64,000 nucleotides of DNA, from positions 1,025 through 65,024 of the forward strand of contig JAWXBW010000064.1 in the NCBI GenBank assembly GCA_034440395.1, written 5' to 3'. The position numbers and the translations under genes were made by a program. The notes beneath the pieces are model-generated. The model did no database searches. It was given only the letters and a program-made list of their open reading frames with translations, and was not told the DNA's origin. Below are positions 27,749-38,286 of this stretch, one piece after another (the first letter of the stretch is position 1; each line of letters opens with the position of its first letter). This stretch comes from Blastochloris sp. GTDB lineage: Bacteria; Verrucomicrobiota; Verrucomicrobiia; Methylacidiphilales; JAAUTS01.

Positions 27749-29185
27749 ATGAGTAATAGAAAAATTTATTTAGCGGTAGATTTAGGCGCTAGCAGTGGGC
27801 GCGTTTTGGCAGGTATTTATGACGGGGAAACAATAGAGCTGCGTGAGTTAAATCGTTTTCCGAGCGAAGCCTTTCAAAAAGACGGGAGTTGGCACTGGAA
27901 GTTTGACTCCATTTTCTCCCATATTAAAAAAGGCATAGCTTTAGCAACGGCTGAGTATGGGGAAGCAGTGATTTCTTTAGGCGTGGATACGTGGGGGGTG
28001 GATTACGGCTTGATTGATGGGGAAGGGAACTTATTAGAGCAACCCTACCAGTATCGCGATAGTCGCACCGATGGGATGATGGAAAAGGCTTATGGGCTTA
28101 TGCCGAAGTCAGAAATCTACCAGCGGACGGGGATTCAGTTCATGTTTTTTAACACATTATTTCAACTCCTAGGCGAGCAAAATTCTGGGCGTAGTTTGAT
28201 GGAGAAGGCTGATCGTTTGTTGTTTATGCCCGACTTGGTAAATTATTTTTTAACAGGCCGTAAGGTCAATGAGCGTTCGATTGCCAGCACGGGTCAGTTA
28301 TTGGATGCAAGGTCGCAGAGTTGGGATCACGAGTTGTTAAAAGCCATGGGTTTTCCTGCCTCGATATTTGGGGAATTGGTGGAGGCGGGGACGGTGCTAG
28401 GTGAATTGAAGCCTGAACTGGCGAGGGAGCTAGGATCAAGCACGCTGAAGGTGGTGGCCGTGGGTTGTCATGACACGGCCTCGGCTGTGGCGGGTGTTCC
28501 TGCGTTGGAAGCGGATCCTGTTTTTTTAAGCTCGGGGACCTGGTCACTGATCGGGCGGGAGTTAAGTTGCCCAATCTTAACGACGGAAAGTTTTAAGGAA
28601 GGTTTTTCTAATGAAGGTGGGGTTTTAGACACGACTCGATTTTTAAAGAATATCGCTGGCATGTGGCTAGTCCAAGAATGTAAAAAGAAGTGGGACGAAC
28701 AAGGGCAGGAAATCAGCTTCGGAGAATTAGTCGAGCTGGCACAGAAGGAGAGTGGGGCTTTAGGACTGATTGACCCAGATGCTAAGGAGTTCCAAGCTCC
28801 AGCGGATATGCCAAAGGCGATTGCGGATTACTGTCGGGCGAGGGGACAGGCGGTGCCAGAGAGGCCTGGGCAATTCGTGCGGATGATTCTAGAAAGCTTA
28901 GCGGATCGTTATGCAGAGGTGAAAGTTTCGCTAGAAAAAGTGACGGGACGTGAGGTGAAAAAAATCTACATCGTCGGAGGTGGATCGCAGAATCGGCTCT
29001 TGAACCAATTAGCTGCTAATGCCACGGGCTGTGAAATCGTAGCGGGACCAGTTGAGGCCACTTCGTTGGGGAATATTTTAATGCAAATGATTGCTAGTGG
29101 AGACTTGAAGGATTTAAAGGAAGGTCGCAGATTAGTAGCAAAGTCTTTTGCGGTAGAAACATTTCTGCCAAATATTAAAAATTAA
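27749..29185 (+). CDS. rhaB: rhamnulokinase-type FGGY sugar kinase
   Basis: 478 aa. Near-colinear with E. coli RhaB motifs '[11 protein letters not shown]', '[11 protein letters not shown]', 'YRDSRT', '[13 protein letters not shown]', '[10 protein letters not shown]', '[14 protein letters not shown]' and '[12 protein letters not shown]'. Confidence 0.85.
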   Translation: MSNRKIYLAVDLGASSGRVLAGIYDGETIELRELNRFPSEAFQKDGSWHWKFDSIFSHIKKGIALATAEYGEAVISLGVDTWGVDYGLIDGEGNLLEQPYQYRDSRTDGMMEKAYGLMPKSEIYQRTGIQFMFFNTLFQLLGEQNSGRSLMEKADRLLFMPDLVNYFLTGRKVNERSIASTGQLLDARSQSWDHELLKAMGFPASIFGELVEAGTVLGELKPELARELGSSTLKVVAVGCHDTASAVAGVPALEADPVFLSSGTWSLIGRELSCPILTTESFKEGFSNEGGVLDTTRFLKNIAGMWLVQECKKKWDEQGQEISFGELVELAQKESGALGLIDPDAKEFQAPADMPKAIADYCRARGQAVPERPGQFVRMILESLADRYAEVKVSLEKVTGREVKKIYIVGGGSQNRLLNQLAANATGCEIVAGPVEATSLGNILMQMIASGDLKDLKEGRRLVAKSFAVETFLPNIKN

Positions 29186-29192
29186 AAACTGT

Positions 29193-29951
29193 ATGAGTGA
29201 ACTTTTAGATCGGTTAGTGACCTTGTCCCATGAACTGGGTAGGGAAGAAAGAAAACTGGCAATACTTGGTGAGGGTAATACTAGTGCAGACATCGGGGAT
29301 GGAACTTTTTGGATCAAGGGTTCTGGCAGCTCTCTGGGCACGATGCAGCCGCAGCAATTTTCCCGGGTGAAGCGTCAAGAGGTATTAGACTTCGTGGACA
29401 GGGACGCTACGGAACAGGAAGTGCAGGATTTTTTACAGGCCAGTCGAGTGGATGTCTCCCAACCTCATCCTTCGGTAGAGACTTTTCTTCATGCACTTTG
29501 TATGGAGCTAGGTGGGGCGAAGTTTGTCGGACACACGCATACGGAATCTATGCTTTCTATTTTAGCCAGTAAAGCTGGAGCGGAGCCTTTCTTACGACAT
29601 ATCTATCCCGATGTGATCGTGGTGTGCGGGCGTCATGTAGCGGTAGTGCCTTATGTGGACCCCGGTTTGGAATTAGCTCAAGCGGTGCGGGCGGAGTTGA
29701 TTCGTTATCAAGAAAAACACGGCAAGGGACCGAAGCTTCTCCTGATGGTTAATCATGGACCCGTAGCTTTAGGGCAAACAGAAAAAGAAGTTTTAAATAT
29801 TTTATTAATGGCGGATAAGTGGGCCAGAGCTTTAAACCAAACTCACGCTTGGGGTGGACCTAACTATATGAGTGAGGTCGATTCTGACCGTATTGATAGC
29901 CGACTTGACGAACATTTTAGACGTAAACAAATTTTAGCCGCTAACAAATAA
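29193..29951 (+). CDS. class II aldolase/adducin-family protein (fuculose/rhamnulose-phosphate aldolase-like)
   Basis: 252 aa. 'GEGNTSA', 'WIKGSGSS', '[12 protein letters not shown]' and '[15 protein letters not shown]' parallel FucA 'GNVS...HNHAVH...HHGLIA'. Confidence 0.75.
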   Translation: MSELLDRLVTLSHELGREERKLAILGEGNTSADIGDGTFWIKGSGSSLGTMQPQQFSRVKRQEVLDFVDRDATEQEVQDFLQASRVDVSQPHPSVETFLHALCMELGGAKFVGHTHTESMLSILASKAGAEPFLRHIYPDVIVVCGRHVAVVPYVDPGLELAQAVRAELIRYQEKHGKGPKLLLMVNHGPVALGQTEKEVLNILLMADKWARALNQTHAWGGPNYMSEVDSDRIDSRLDEHFRRKQILAANK

Positions 29952-29976
29952 GTAAACCACCAACACAAACAAATTC

Positions 29977-31779
29977 ATGAAAAACCAAACATACAGCTGC
30001 TGGCAAGGAAAACTACCCCGTATTGGAATTCGTCCCACGATCGACGGACGTCTGGGCGGTGTGCGTGAGTCGTTAGACACGATTACGTTGAACATGGCGA
30101 AGAGTGTGGCTAAATTAATTTCCTCCACCCTGCGCTATCCAAACGGAGAGCCAGTGGAGTGTGTGGTGCCTCCAACCTGTATCGGTGGCGCAGCGGAAGC
30201 GGCCTTAGTGGCGGAGCAGTTCCAAAATGAGAACGTAGGTGTTTCCCTAACGGTGACGCCTTGCTGGTGCTACGGTTCAGAAACGATGGATCAAGATCCA
30301 TTGATCCCGAAAGCGGTCTGGGGTTTCAATGGCACAGAACGTCCTGGTGCTGTATATTTGGCCGCTGTGCTTTCTGGGCACACACAAAAAGGTTGGCCTG
30401 CTTTCGGCATCTATGGCCGTGATGTGCAGGATGCAGGCGACACAAAAATCCCAAACGACGTTTCAGAAAAAATCTTACAGTTCGCCCGCGCTGGTTTAGC
30501 TGTGGCCTTAATGAAGGGTAAGTCCTATCTAGCCATGGGCGGAACCTCCATGGGTATCGCGGGCTCCATTGTGGATCAAAGTTTCTTTGAGCGCACCTTA
30601 GGTATGCGGGTAGAATCAATCGATATGACAGAGTTTATCCGTCGCATGGATAAAGGCATCTACGATCAAGCAGAATATAAAAAAGCACTTACTTGGGTTA
30701 AAAAGAATTGCAAAGAAGGCAAGGACTATAACTCCGCTAAAACGAAACGTGACCGTGCTCACCTCGACAAGGAATGGGAATGGTCCGTGCAGATGGCTTT
30801 AATTGCTCGGGATCTCATGATTGGTAATCCAGCGCTAGATGAAATAGGTTACGGTGAAGAAAGCTATGGGCATAACGCCATCGTCAGTGGTTTTCAAGGT
30901 CAACGTCAATGGACAGATCATTGCCCAAATGGTGATTTCATGGAAGCGATCCTTAGCTCATCCTTCGACTGGAACGGCATACGCGAACCGTTTATGGTGG
31001 CCACAGAAAACGATGCGCTTAATGGTGTGACCATGTTGTTCGGACACCTCTTAACAAACACCGCACAGGTTTTTGCTGATGTCCGCACCTACTGGAGCCC
31101 TGATGCGGTCAAGCGCGTGGCGGGTCATAAATTAACAGGCACAGCTGCAGGTGGATTTCTCCATTTGATTAACTCAGGCCCTGCTGCTTTAGATGGATCT
31201 GGTGAGCAAAGTGTTAAAGGCAAGGCCGCCATGAAGCCCTTCTGGGATATAACTGAATCTGAAGCGAAAAAGTGTTTAGATGCGACGAGTTGGCACCCCT
31301 CTATTACGGAATATTTCCCTGGCGGCGGATGGTCCACTCGTTATACCACGAAGGGCGGCATGCCTGTAACCATCGCCCGTTTGAACTTGGTTTATGGTCT
31401 AGGACCGGCACTACAGATCGCAGAAGGCTGGTCGGTCGAGCTACCTAAAAAAGTTAATGACATCTTAGATCAACGCACTAATCCTACGTGGCCTACGACG
31501 TGGTTCGCTCCTCGCACGGGCGGCACAGGTGTCTTTCGAGATGTTTACTCCGTCATGAATGCGTGGGGCGCAAATCACTGCGCTTTGAGCTACGGACACA
31601 TCGGGTCTGAATTGATCACTCTAGCTTCCATGCTACGCATCCCCGTTTACATGCACAACGTGGCAGAAGACAAGGTGTTCCGTCCAAGTTATTGGACATC
31701 TTTTGGAACTAATGACCATCAAGGTGCCGACTTCCGCGCTTGTGAAACACTTGGGCCTCTTTACGGAAAAAGAGGTTAA
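29977..31779 (+). CDS. fucI: L-fucose isomerase
   Basis: 600 aa and colinear with E. coli FucI. Matching strings are '[21 protein letters not shown]', '[14 protein letters not shown]', '[16 protein letters not shown]', '[10 protein letters not shown]', '[13 protein letters not shown]' and 'WPTTWFAPR'. Confidence 0.92.
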   Translation: MKNQTYSCWQGKLPRIGIRPTIDGRLGGVRESLDTITLNMAKSVAKLISSTLRYPNGEPVECVVPPTCIGGAAEAALVAEQFQNENVGVSLTVTPCWCYGSETMDQDPLIPKAVWGFNGTERPGAVYLAAVLSGHTQKGWPAFGIYGRDVQDAGDTKIPNDVSEKILQFARAGLAVALMKGKSYLAMGGTSMGIAGSIVDQSFFERTLGMRVESIDMTEFIRRMDKGIYDQAEYKKALTWVKKNCKEGKDYNSAKTKRDRAHLDKEWEWSVQMALIARDLMIGNPALDEIGYGEESYGHNAIVSGFQGQRQWTDHCPNGDFMEAILSSSFDWNGIREPFMVATENDALNGVTMLFGHLLTNTAQVFADVRTYWSPDAVKRVAGHKLTGTAAGGFLHLINSGPAALDGSGEQSVKGKAAMKPFWDITESEAKKCLDATSWHPSITEYFPGGGWSTRYTTKGGMPVTIARLNLVYGLGPALQIAEGWSVELPKKVNDILDQRTNPTWPTTWFAPRTGGTGVFRDVYSVMNAWGANHCALSYGHIGSELITLASMLRIPVYMHNVAEDKVFRPSYWTSFGTNDHQGADFRACETLGPLYGKRG

Positions 31780-31810
31780 ATTACAAGCCCGTCGTCCTTG
31801 ACCATTTACC

Positions 31811-33310
31811 ATGAACCAATCCTCATTTATAGATAACCCAGATGTAGTGCTCATCGGCAGCGGTGTCATGTCCGCCAATCTCGGAGCTATGCTGAAACGT
31901 TTAGAGCCTAAGCTCAAAATTCAGCTCTATGAAGTGACAGAAGACTTGGCACAAGAAAGCTCTAACGGTTGGAACAATGCGGGAACTGGGCATGCTGGTA
32001 TTTGCGAGCTTAGCTACACGCCGAAACGTGAAGCGGATGGTACGGTTAAGGTGGATAAGGCGGTAGAGATATTCGAACAGTTCCAACGCTCAAAAGAATT
32101 TTGGAGCTACGCCGTGAGTACGGGCATGATTAATAATCCAAAAGAATTTATTAATCCTGTTCCACACCTTAGCTTCGTGCATGGACAAGACCAAGTGGAC
32201 TTTCTCCGGGCACGTCATGCGGGCATGTCCGCCCATCATTTTTTTGAAGAGATGGAGTATTCTACAGATCCAGAAAAAATCCACAAATGGGCACCGCTTT
32301 TAACCGAAGGTCGCTCGAACATCCCTATCGCAGCGACTCGTATGATGGGTGGGACGGATGTGAATTTCGGTGTCGTCTCCCACAAGCTCCTGCATTGGCT
32401 GGGGCAGCAAGAGGGCTGCGGCATTGCTTGCAATCATCGGGTCGTGGGATTAGAGGAACAGGGGGGTAATTGGAAATTAACCATTCGCAATCTAATGACG
32501 AATAAACTCCGTCATAGCACAGCAAAATTTATTTTTATCGGCGCTGGCGGAGGGAGTTTAACCTTGCTTCAAAAATCTGGAATCCACGAAAGCAAAGGAT
32601 TGGGCGGTTTTCCTATCGGCGGGCAATGGTTAGTCTGTGACAAGCCAGAGATCGTAGCTAGACATCAAGCAAAAGTTTATGGACAAGCTCTCGCCACGGC
32701 TCCAACCATGGCGGTGCCACACCTAGATACTCGTGTTTTAGATGGAAAGAAGACCTTGCTCTTCGGACCTTTTGCGGCGTGGACGACAAAGTTTCTCCAT
32801 AAAAAAGGTAGTTACCTAGACTTACCCTTATCAGTTAAATTAGACAATCTGGCCACCCTCATTAAAATTGGTTTATATAATATCGATTTAGTAAAGTACC
32901 TGATTCAGCAAGGCACGCAAAGCATGGCGGATCGCATGAAGGTTTTGCACGTCTTCTATCCATCCGCCCAAACTAAGGATTGGAAGTTGATAGATGCAGG
33001 CATCCGGGTTCAGGCCATAAAAAAAACAGATGGAGAAGCTGGAATTGTCCACTATGGCACGGAAGTCATTACTAATGCTAGCCGCACGATATCCGCCCTG
33101 TTAGGAGCTTCTCCTGGAGCTTCGGTTTCTGTTCACGTTATGCTGGAAGTAATTAAAAACTGTTTTCCTGAACTTCTGAAAACACCAGAAGGCCACTCCC
33201 GCATGAAGGAAATGATTCCTACTTATGACGAGGATATTAAAAGGCCAGAATTAGCCGAGCGTTTTAAAGCAGTCAGCCAGAAGACGGATGAGATACTTGA
33301 GTTGATATAA
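31811..33310 (+). CDS. mqo: malate:quinone oxidoreductase
   Basis: 499 aa. 'DVVLIGSGVMSANLGAMLKRLEP', 'NNAGTGHAGICELSYTP' and 'GASPGASVSVHVML' are typical of Mqo. Confidence 0.9.
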   Translation: MNQSSFIDNPDVVLIGSGVMSANLGAMLKRLEPKLKIQLYEVTEDLAQESSNGWNNAGTGHAGICELSYTPKREADGTVKVDKAVEIFEQFQRSKEFWSYAVSTGMINNPKEFINPVPHLSFVHGQDQVDFLRARHAGMSAHHFFEEMEYSTDPEKIHKWAPLLTEGRSNIPIAATRMMGGTDVNFGVVSHKLLHWLGQQEGCGIACNHRVVGLEEQGGNWKLTIRNLMTNKLRHSTAKFIFIGAGGGSLTLLQKSGIHESKGLGGFPIGGQWLVCDKPEIVARHQAKVYGQALATAPTMAVPHLDTRVLDGKKTLLFGPFAAWTTKFLHKKGSYLDLPLSVKLDNLATLIKIGLYNIDLVKYLIQQGTQSMADRMKVLHVFYPSAQTKDWKLIDAGIRVQAIKKTDGEAGIVHYGTEVITNASRTISALLGASPGASVSVHVMLEVIKNCFPELLKTPEGHSRMKEMIPTYDEDIKRPELAERFKAVSQKTDEILELI

Positions 33311-33336
33311 ATAAGGGCTCTTGCGCTATGGAGCAA

Positions 33337-34251
33337 TCAATCTTGATTTTTCTTAATTAATTGTTTTTTCAGTTCGGCTAACGACTTTTCCATCTGAGCC
33401 AATGTGGTTTCAATTTCCTTAATTGAATGAGATTGAGTAGCGGAAGCCTCTTCAGCTTCTTGGTGCATTTCGCTCATGCTGTTCACCACGACACCGATTA
33501 GTAGGTTCAGCATAATCATGGTGCCAAAAAGAATAAAGCTGACGAAGTAAGCTGCTGCGATAAGTGGTTGACCGAGGGATTCTCTCGCCAGACCCATCAT
33601 TTGATCTCCCCCGAATTGATCGGAGCCATACATCTGGGTTTTCAGGATTTCTGCCCAACCTTCAAGTGTCACGACTTGAAATAGGGTAAGCATGGAGTTT
33701 TGAATAGTTCCAAAATGGAGGGGATCATTGAGTCCAAAGAAAACCGTGCCCATGACGGCATACATGTAAACTAGTAAGACAAGGAGCAAGGCTACGTAAC
33801 CCATCGAGGGCACACTACGCAGAAGAGCACCGACCAGAATTTGCAGTCGGGGCAGGACGGATATTAGTCGCAGCACTCTAAGAATTCGAACCAGACGCAG
33901 CACGGCGGCGAACTCACTATCTAAGGGAAGAAGGCAGATAGCGACGATAATGAAATCAAAGACATTCCAAGGATCGTTAAAAAAGTGTAGAAAATTTCTT
34001 CCGTGGGAAAGGAGTTTTAATGCGATCTCAATGACAAAAATGCCAATAATCATTTTATCTAGTGCATGGAGGAGGTTGCCCCATTTGGCCATGACGGAGG
34101 GATACGTTTCCAGTCCCATGACGATTCCAGTGAACACAATGATTCCGATGATAAAACGTTGAAACCAAATTGATTCAGTGATGGTGCGGGCGAGGGTGGG
34201 CATGGGATTAAGAAAGAGCGTTCTGATGGGAATGCAAGCTTTAGTCGACAA
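33337..34251 (-). CDS. voltage-gated ion channel, bacterial NaV (NaChBac/BacNaV)-type, 6TM with C-terminal coiled coil
   Basis: S4 'LRLVRILRVLRLISVLPRL' has Arg at every third residue. Pore 'TLFQVVTLEGWAEI' (filter TLEGWAE at 33649-33669). S6 'FVSFILFGTMIMLNLLIGVVVN'. Heptad-like tail 'IKEIETTLAQMEKSLAELKKQL'. The start may be ATG 34203 instead. Confidence 0.8.
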   Translation of the reverse strand: MSTKACIPIRTLFLNPMPTLARTITESIWFQRFIIGIIVFTGIVMGLETYPSVMAKWGNLLHALDKMIIGIFVIEIALKLLSHGRNFLHFFNDPWNVFDFIIVAICLLPLDSEFAAVLRLVRILRVLRLISVLPRLQILVGALLRSVPSMGYVALLLVLLVYMYAVMGTVFFGLNDPLHFGTIQNSMLTLFQVVTLEGWAEILKTQMYGSDQFGGDQMMGLARESLGQPLIAAAYFVSFILFGTMIMLNLLIGVVVNSMSEMHQEAEEASATQSHSIKEIETTLAQMEKSLAELKKQLIKKNQD

Positions 34252-34299
34252 ACTCTTGGCACTTAAACGTGGCGCGAGTTGCTGGCTTATCTGGACTGG

Positions 34300-36483
34300 T
34301 TAGGAATCTAGCAAACGATCAACGGCTTCTACAACGTTAGCCCCGCTCCATGCGGCGCCTTCTAGAGTTCCTGGAAGTCCCGTTTGTGTCCAGTCACCAG
34401 CGAGGAGTAAATTTTTCCAAGGTGATTTTGCGCTTGGTCGTCTCGTTTCGGTTTCTGGTCGTGCGGCAAATGTAGCATCTTTAGATTTATAAAGAATGTG
34501 GCGCAGAATGGTGCCAGAGCGGGTGCGTGGGAAGAAGCGGTTAATTTCTGACCACATGAGTTTAACAAATTCCTCTTGCTTCATGTCCATCAAGGAACCT
34601 GCTGCGCTTACCACGAGGGCATACATATAACCTTTTTCATGAGTGCCTTTAAGATGGGTGCTGCGGTCGAAGATCCAGTGCAAAGGGGAGTCGAGTAAAC
34701 CGATAAAGGGTTCTGTAGTAATTTCGCAATCGCAGATGATGTTGAGTGAAATAATCGGGGCGGATTCGATGGCGGCTAAGTCACGAGTTAAGCGTTCTTC
34801 TGGTGGTAACAGAGATTTCAGTGTCATCCATGGTAGAGCGGAAACATAGGCGTCGGCTTGAATCACGGCTCCACTGCTGCTGACAAAGGAGTCAATAAAA
34901 TGTGGAGAAAAATTTACGGAACGAACTCCTTCGTTTAAAAAAATGCGAGAGCCAGTCGAGCGGAGGAAGGCGTCGGTCTCGGGATTAAATAAATCGCTCA
35001 GGCCGACTTTACTGGTGTAGATAGCGGCGTCTGATTTAGAGCCGAAGAGGGAGCGGCGAAGTGTTTCGTAAAGCAGAACGGCGCTGGCTGTTTGGCAGGG
35101 TTCATTAAGGGCAGCAACGCAGAAAGGCTCCCATAAGGCACGAATACTGTTCTGCGTTTGTCCGTTTTGGGCAAACCATTCCTGAGCGGTTTGTTTGCCT
35201 TGCGGCTTCTGCTCGAGTTTCATGACTAAGCCCATACGTGCGATGGCTAGGCGATCCATCCAAGAAAGTTCGCCGTAATTAAGCAGAGCAGTTAATAGAT
35301 TAAAAGGAGCGGGGAGATTGGAGGCTTTTAGTTTTTGTAAGGTGGAGCCAGGACTAAGGAAGGGGACTTCCATGTCGGGTTGCATGGCGAGTTTATCTGT
35401 GATGCCTAGGATTTTGAAGAGGTCTAGGCATTGATGGTAGCAGCCCATGAAAATATGTTGACCGTTATCAAAGGTGAGGCCGGTTTTTACATCGGTGAAG
35501 CTGTGGGCGCGGCCCCCGAGGTAGGGACGGCTTTCGTAAAGATCTACTTGATGTCCAGCGCGAGCGAGATGGACGGCTGCGGAAATGCCCGCAAAACCTG
35601 CGCCCCAGACGGCAATTTTTTTGGGTCGAGGCCGGTGGATGCTGTTGATGGCGGCACCTTTTTTGGATGCAACTCCAACTGCGATAATCTTTTGAACTTT
35701 GTTAAGGCGGGTGGTGTTTGTGCCTTGTTGAAAATGATTTTTCTCCAACTTAGTAAGTAACCGGAAATACACTTCAGTCATGAGTTCAGCGGCGATGAAA
35801 TTCGGGCGGTCTCCCGCTGGTAATAGGCGAGCGGCTTTGTGGAAGTAGTGGGTGGCTCGGAAATGTTGCATCCGAAAGAGGCGTTGTTTAGCGGGAGTCA
35901 TTTCGGTGGAACGAAGTTCAGCTTCACTTATTCCGAAGGTGCGGAGTTCTTCTTGTGGTAGGTAGATGCGGTCGTATTTAGCTAAGTCCACATTTACATC
36001 ACGCAGGATATTGGTTAATTGGAAGGCCATACCTAGGGCGATGGCGTAATCCTTTGATTGAGCATGGGTGAAGCCAAAAATTTCTATGGAAACGAGACCA
36101 ACGGCAGAGGCTACGCGGTAGCAGTAAAGGGTTAGCTCTTCAAAAGTTTCGTAACGATTTTTGTGTAGATCCATTTCTACGCCGTCGAGGAGATCGAAAA
36201 AAGGTTGAGGCGGAATAAGGTATTCGTGGATGATATCTTTAAGTTCAAACCCAAGTTCTGTGGCGGGTATGCCTTCGTAACAGGCTTTGATTTCTGAACG
36301 TAGTTCATTGATTTGCTGGCGTTTTTCAACTTCGGAAGTGCCCAGTTCATCTACAATGTCATCAGCAATGCGGCAGAAGGCGTAAAAGGTGGACATGGCT
36401 TGTCTCTTGGCGGGAGAGAGACAAAAAAAGGAGAGGGCTAAGTTTGATCCACTTTTTTTAGTAATGCTCTGGCTTGAGGTCAT
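34300..36483 (-). CDS. fusion of presqualene-diphosphate synthase (HpnD-like) and FAD-dependent hydroxysqualene dehydroxylase (HpnE-like)
   Basis: 727 aa. The N-terminal squalene/phytoene-synthase domain has 'FYAFCRIADDIVDE', 'YCYRVASAVGL' and 'TNILRDVNVDLAKYDRIYLP'. From aa ~293 there is an amine-oxidase Rossmann 'KIAVWGAGFAGISAAVHLARAGHQVDLYESRPYLGGRA', ending 'LAGDWTQTGLPGTLEGA'. Confidence 0.8.
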   Translation of the reverse strand: MTSSQSITKKSGSNLALSFFCLSPAKRQAMSTFYAFCRIADDIVDELGTSEVEKRQQINELRSEIKACYEGIPATELGFELKDIIHEYLIPPQPFFDLLDGVEMDLHKNRYETFEELTLYCYRVASAVGLVSIEIFGFTHAQSKDYAIALGMAFQLTNILRDVNVDLAKYDRIYLPQEELRTFGISEAELRSTEMTPAKQRLFRMQHFRATHYFHKAARLLPAGDRPNFIAAELMTEVYFRLLTKLEKNHFQQGTNTTRLNKVQKIIAVGVASKKGAAINSIHRPRPKKIAVWGAGFAGISAAVHLARAGHQVDLYESRPYLGGRAHSFTDVKTGLTFDNGQHIFMGCYHQCLDLFKILGITDKLAMQPDMEVPFLSPGSTLQKLKASNLPAPFNLLTALLNYGELSWMDRLAIARMGLVMKLEQKPQGKQTAQEWFAQNGQTQNSIRALWEPFCVAALNEPCQTASAVLLYETLRRSLFGSKSDAAIYTSKVGLSDLFNPETDAFLRSTGSRIFLNEGVRSVNFSPHFIDSFVSSSGAVIQADAYVSALPWMTLKSLLPPEERLTRDLAAIESAPIISLNIICDCEITTEPFIGLLDSPLHWIFDRSTHLKGTHEKGYMYALVVSAAGSLMDMKQEEFVKLMWSEINRFFPRTRSGTILRHILYKSKDATFAARPETETRRPSAKSPWKNLLLAGDWTQTGLPGTLEGAAWSGANVVEAVDRLLDS

Positions 36484-36495
36484 GGGTGGGAAAGC

Positions 36496-37401
36496 TTAGC
36501 GGGTAAGAAAGGAACGTAGCAAGAGGGTAAACATATCGAGCTTAGTTAATTTTGGGCGACGGCTGAGGGTATCATAGCGTAGCTGCTCGATTTTTTTTAA
36601 GATGGTGGTGCCGCCAAGCCAAGTCATTCGAATTTCCCAAGATAATTTGGTCGAGAGATGTTTGGATAGAGGTTTACCTTGATTGAAAAAATTCCACGTG
36701 CGTTTGACTTGAAATTGGATGAGATTACAGAACTCAGGAGATGCTAAGCCTTGGAAGAGCTGAGTCTCGGTTACTTGGAAACGTTTCAGATCTTCTTGGG
36801 GGAGATAAATGCGGTCTTTGCCTAAATCGACGGAAACATCCTGCCAGAAGTTAGCGAGTTGCAAGCCGGTGCAAATATGGTCAGAGAGGCAATGCAGTGC
36901 GGGTTCGCGGTAGCCATGAAGTAAGAGCACGAGTCGGCCAATGGGATTAGCGCTGCGAGTACAATAATCTTGGACGTCGCAGAACTCGGCGTAGCGGCGT
37001 TGGTGGATGTCTTGCTCGAAGGCGGAGAGGAGATCGTAAAAGAGCTGCGGAGGGAGGTTGTGTTTTTGAATGGTGTCGAGAATGGGCAGGAAAATCCATG
37101 AATATTCTTCAGAGGATTTTTTGCCAGCAAGAGTGGCTTCGAAATCTTGTCGATAGTTTTGTAAAAGTTGGAGGCGTTCCGCTTGGCTCAAGGTTTCAGG
37201 ATCATTTACTTTTTTTAGTCGAGGATCGGCGTAGCCTTCATCAGCTAAATCATCTGCCACGCGAGAAAAAGCATACACGGCATGGACATGTGGTTGCAGT
37301 TCTATGGGCACAAGTCGGCCGACGGGAAAGTTCTCATAGTGAGAGCGAGCCAGAGCCGAGCAACGTTGGTAACCTTCTTCGATCGTTAGTGCCATAAGCA
37401 A
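36496..37401 (-). CDS. hpnC: hydroxysqualene synthase (HpnC-like squalene synthase family)
   Basis: 301 aa. 'HYENFPVG' (ENFPV is HpnC-typical), 'YAFSRVADDLADEG', 'LQLANFWQDVSVDLGKDRIYLP'. It lies 12 nt upstream of the HpnD::HpnE gene on the same strand. Confidence 0.8.
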   Translation of the reverse strand: MLMALTIEEGYQRCSALARSHYENFPVGRLVPIELQPHVHAVYAFSRVADDLADEGYADPRLKKVNDPETLSQAERLQLLQNYRQDFEATLAGKKSSEEYSWIFLPILDTIQKHNLPPQLFYDLLSAFEQDIHQRRYAEFCDVQDYCTRSANPIGRLVLLLHGYREPALHCLSDHICTGLQLANFWQDVSVDLGKDRIYLPQEDLKRFQVTETQLFQGLASPEFCNLIQFQVKRTWNFFNQGKPLSKHLSTKLSWEIRMTWLGGTTILKKIEQLRYDTLSRRPKLTKLDMFTLLLRSFLTR

Positions 37402-37488
37402 GACGTCATCATCTCGTAATAAAGCGTGAGATCAAGCCTGAAGGATGGGTCGGTAAAATTTGGATTTAAGACTCAAGGCTAGAGTGCT

Positions 37489-38286
37489 TTAAGACATCAA
37501 GGGTTGCTCTGTCGGTGACTCTTCACTTAAGGCTTCTATGGTCCCTGGGCTTAAGCTAAATAGGTCAACTTTTAGTAGCTCAATCTTTCCGTCATGGTGT
37601 TCAACCAAAGCAGAGCAGCTCTCCACCCAATCACCTGCATTATAATAGTCGATCGTGTCTATCTTACGAATGGCCGCATGGTGGATGTGGCCGCAGAGGA
37701 CGGCATCTACTCGATATTCGCGAGCATAGCGAACAACAGCATTTTCAAAATCGCCTATAAAGCTGACGACATTTTTTACTTCATTTTTTACGTAGGCACT
37801 GAGTGACCAGTATTCGTAGCCAAAAAATCGGCGGGCGTAGTTGATCACACCATTGAGCTCTAAGAGTATTTTGTAACCCCAATCTCCGACGTGAGCGAGC
37901 CAGCCAAGGTTTTGGATTACTGCATCGAGTTCATGGCCATGAATAACGAGGATACGTTTACCATCGGCTGTGGTGTGGATGTCATTTTTTTTCAAAGTGA
38001 TTGCACCGAAATGCCCTAGAAAATGACTCACAAACTCGTCATGGTTACCTGGTATATATATAACCGTAGAACCCTTACGAGCTTTACGTAGTAGTTTTTG
38101 AACAACGTCGTTGTGTTCTTGGGGCCAATAAATGCCACGTCGCAAGGCCCAGATATCAATGATATCGCCCACCAGATAAAGCGTATCGAATTCATGATCA
38201 CGCAAAAAATCTAGAACCGCCTGAGCTTTAGAGCCGCGTGTTCCGAGGTGAATATCCGAAATCCATGCTGTGCGGTAATGTGCCAT
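37489..38286 (-). CDS. calcineurin-like metallophosphoesterase, UDP-2,3-diacylglucosamine diphosphatase (LpxH-like)
   Basis: 'WISDIHLGTRGSKA', 'LYLVGDIIDIW', 'IPGNHDEF', 'IHGHELD' and 'CGHIHHAAI' form the full metallophosphoesterase motif set with LpxH-like spacing. I prefer ATG 38286 to the start at 38322. Confidence 0.62.
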   Translation of the reverse strand: MAHYRTAWISDIHLGTRGSKAQAVLDFLRDHEFDTLYLVGDIIDIWALRRGIYWPQEHNDVVQKLLRKARKGSTVIYIPGNHDEFVSHFLGHFGAITLKKNDIHTTADGKRILVIHGHELDAVIQNLGWLAHVGDWGYKILLELNGVINYARRFFGYEYWSLSAYVKNEVKNVVSFIGDFENAVVRYAREYRVDAVLCGHIHHAAIRKIDTIDYYNAGDWVESCSALVEHHDGKIELLKVDLFSLSPGTIEALSEESPTEQPLMS

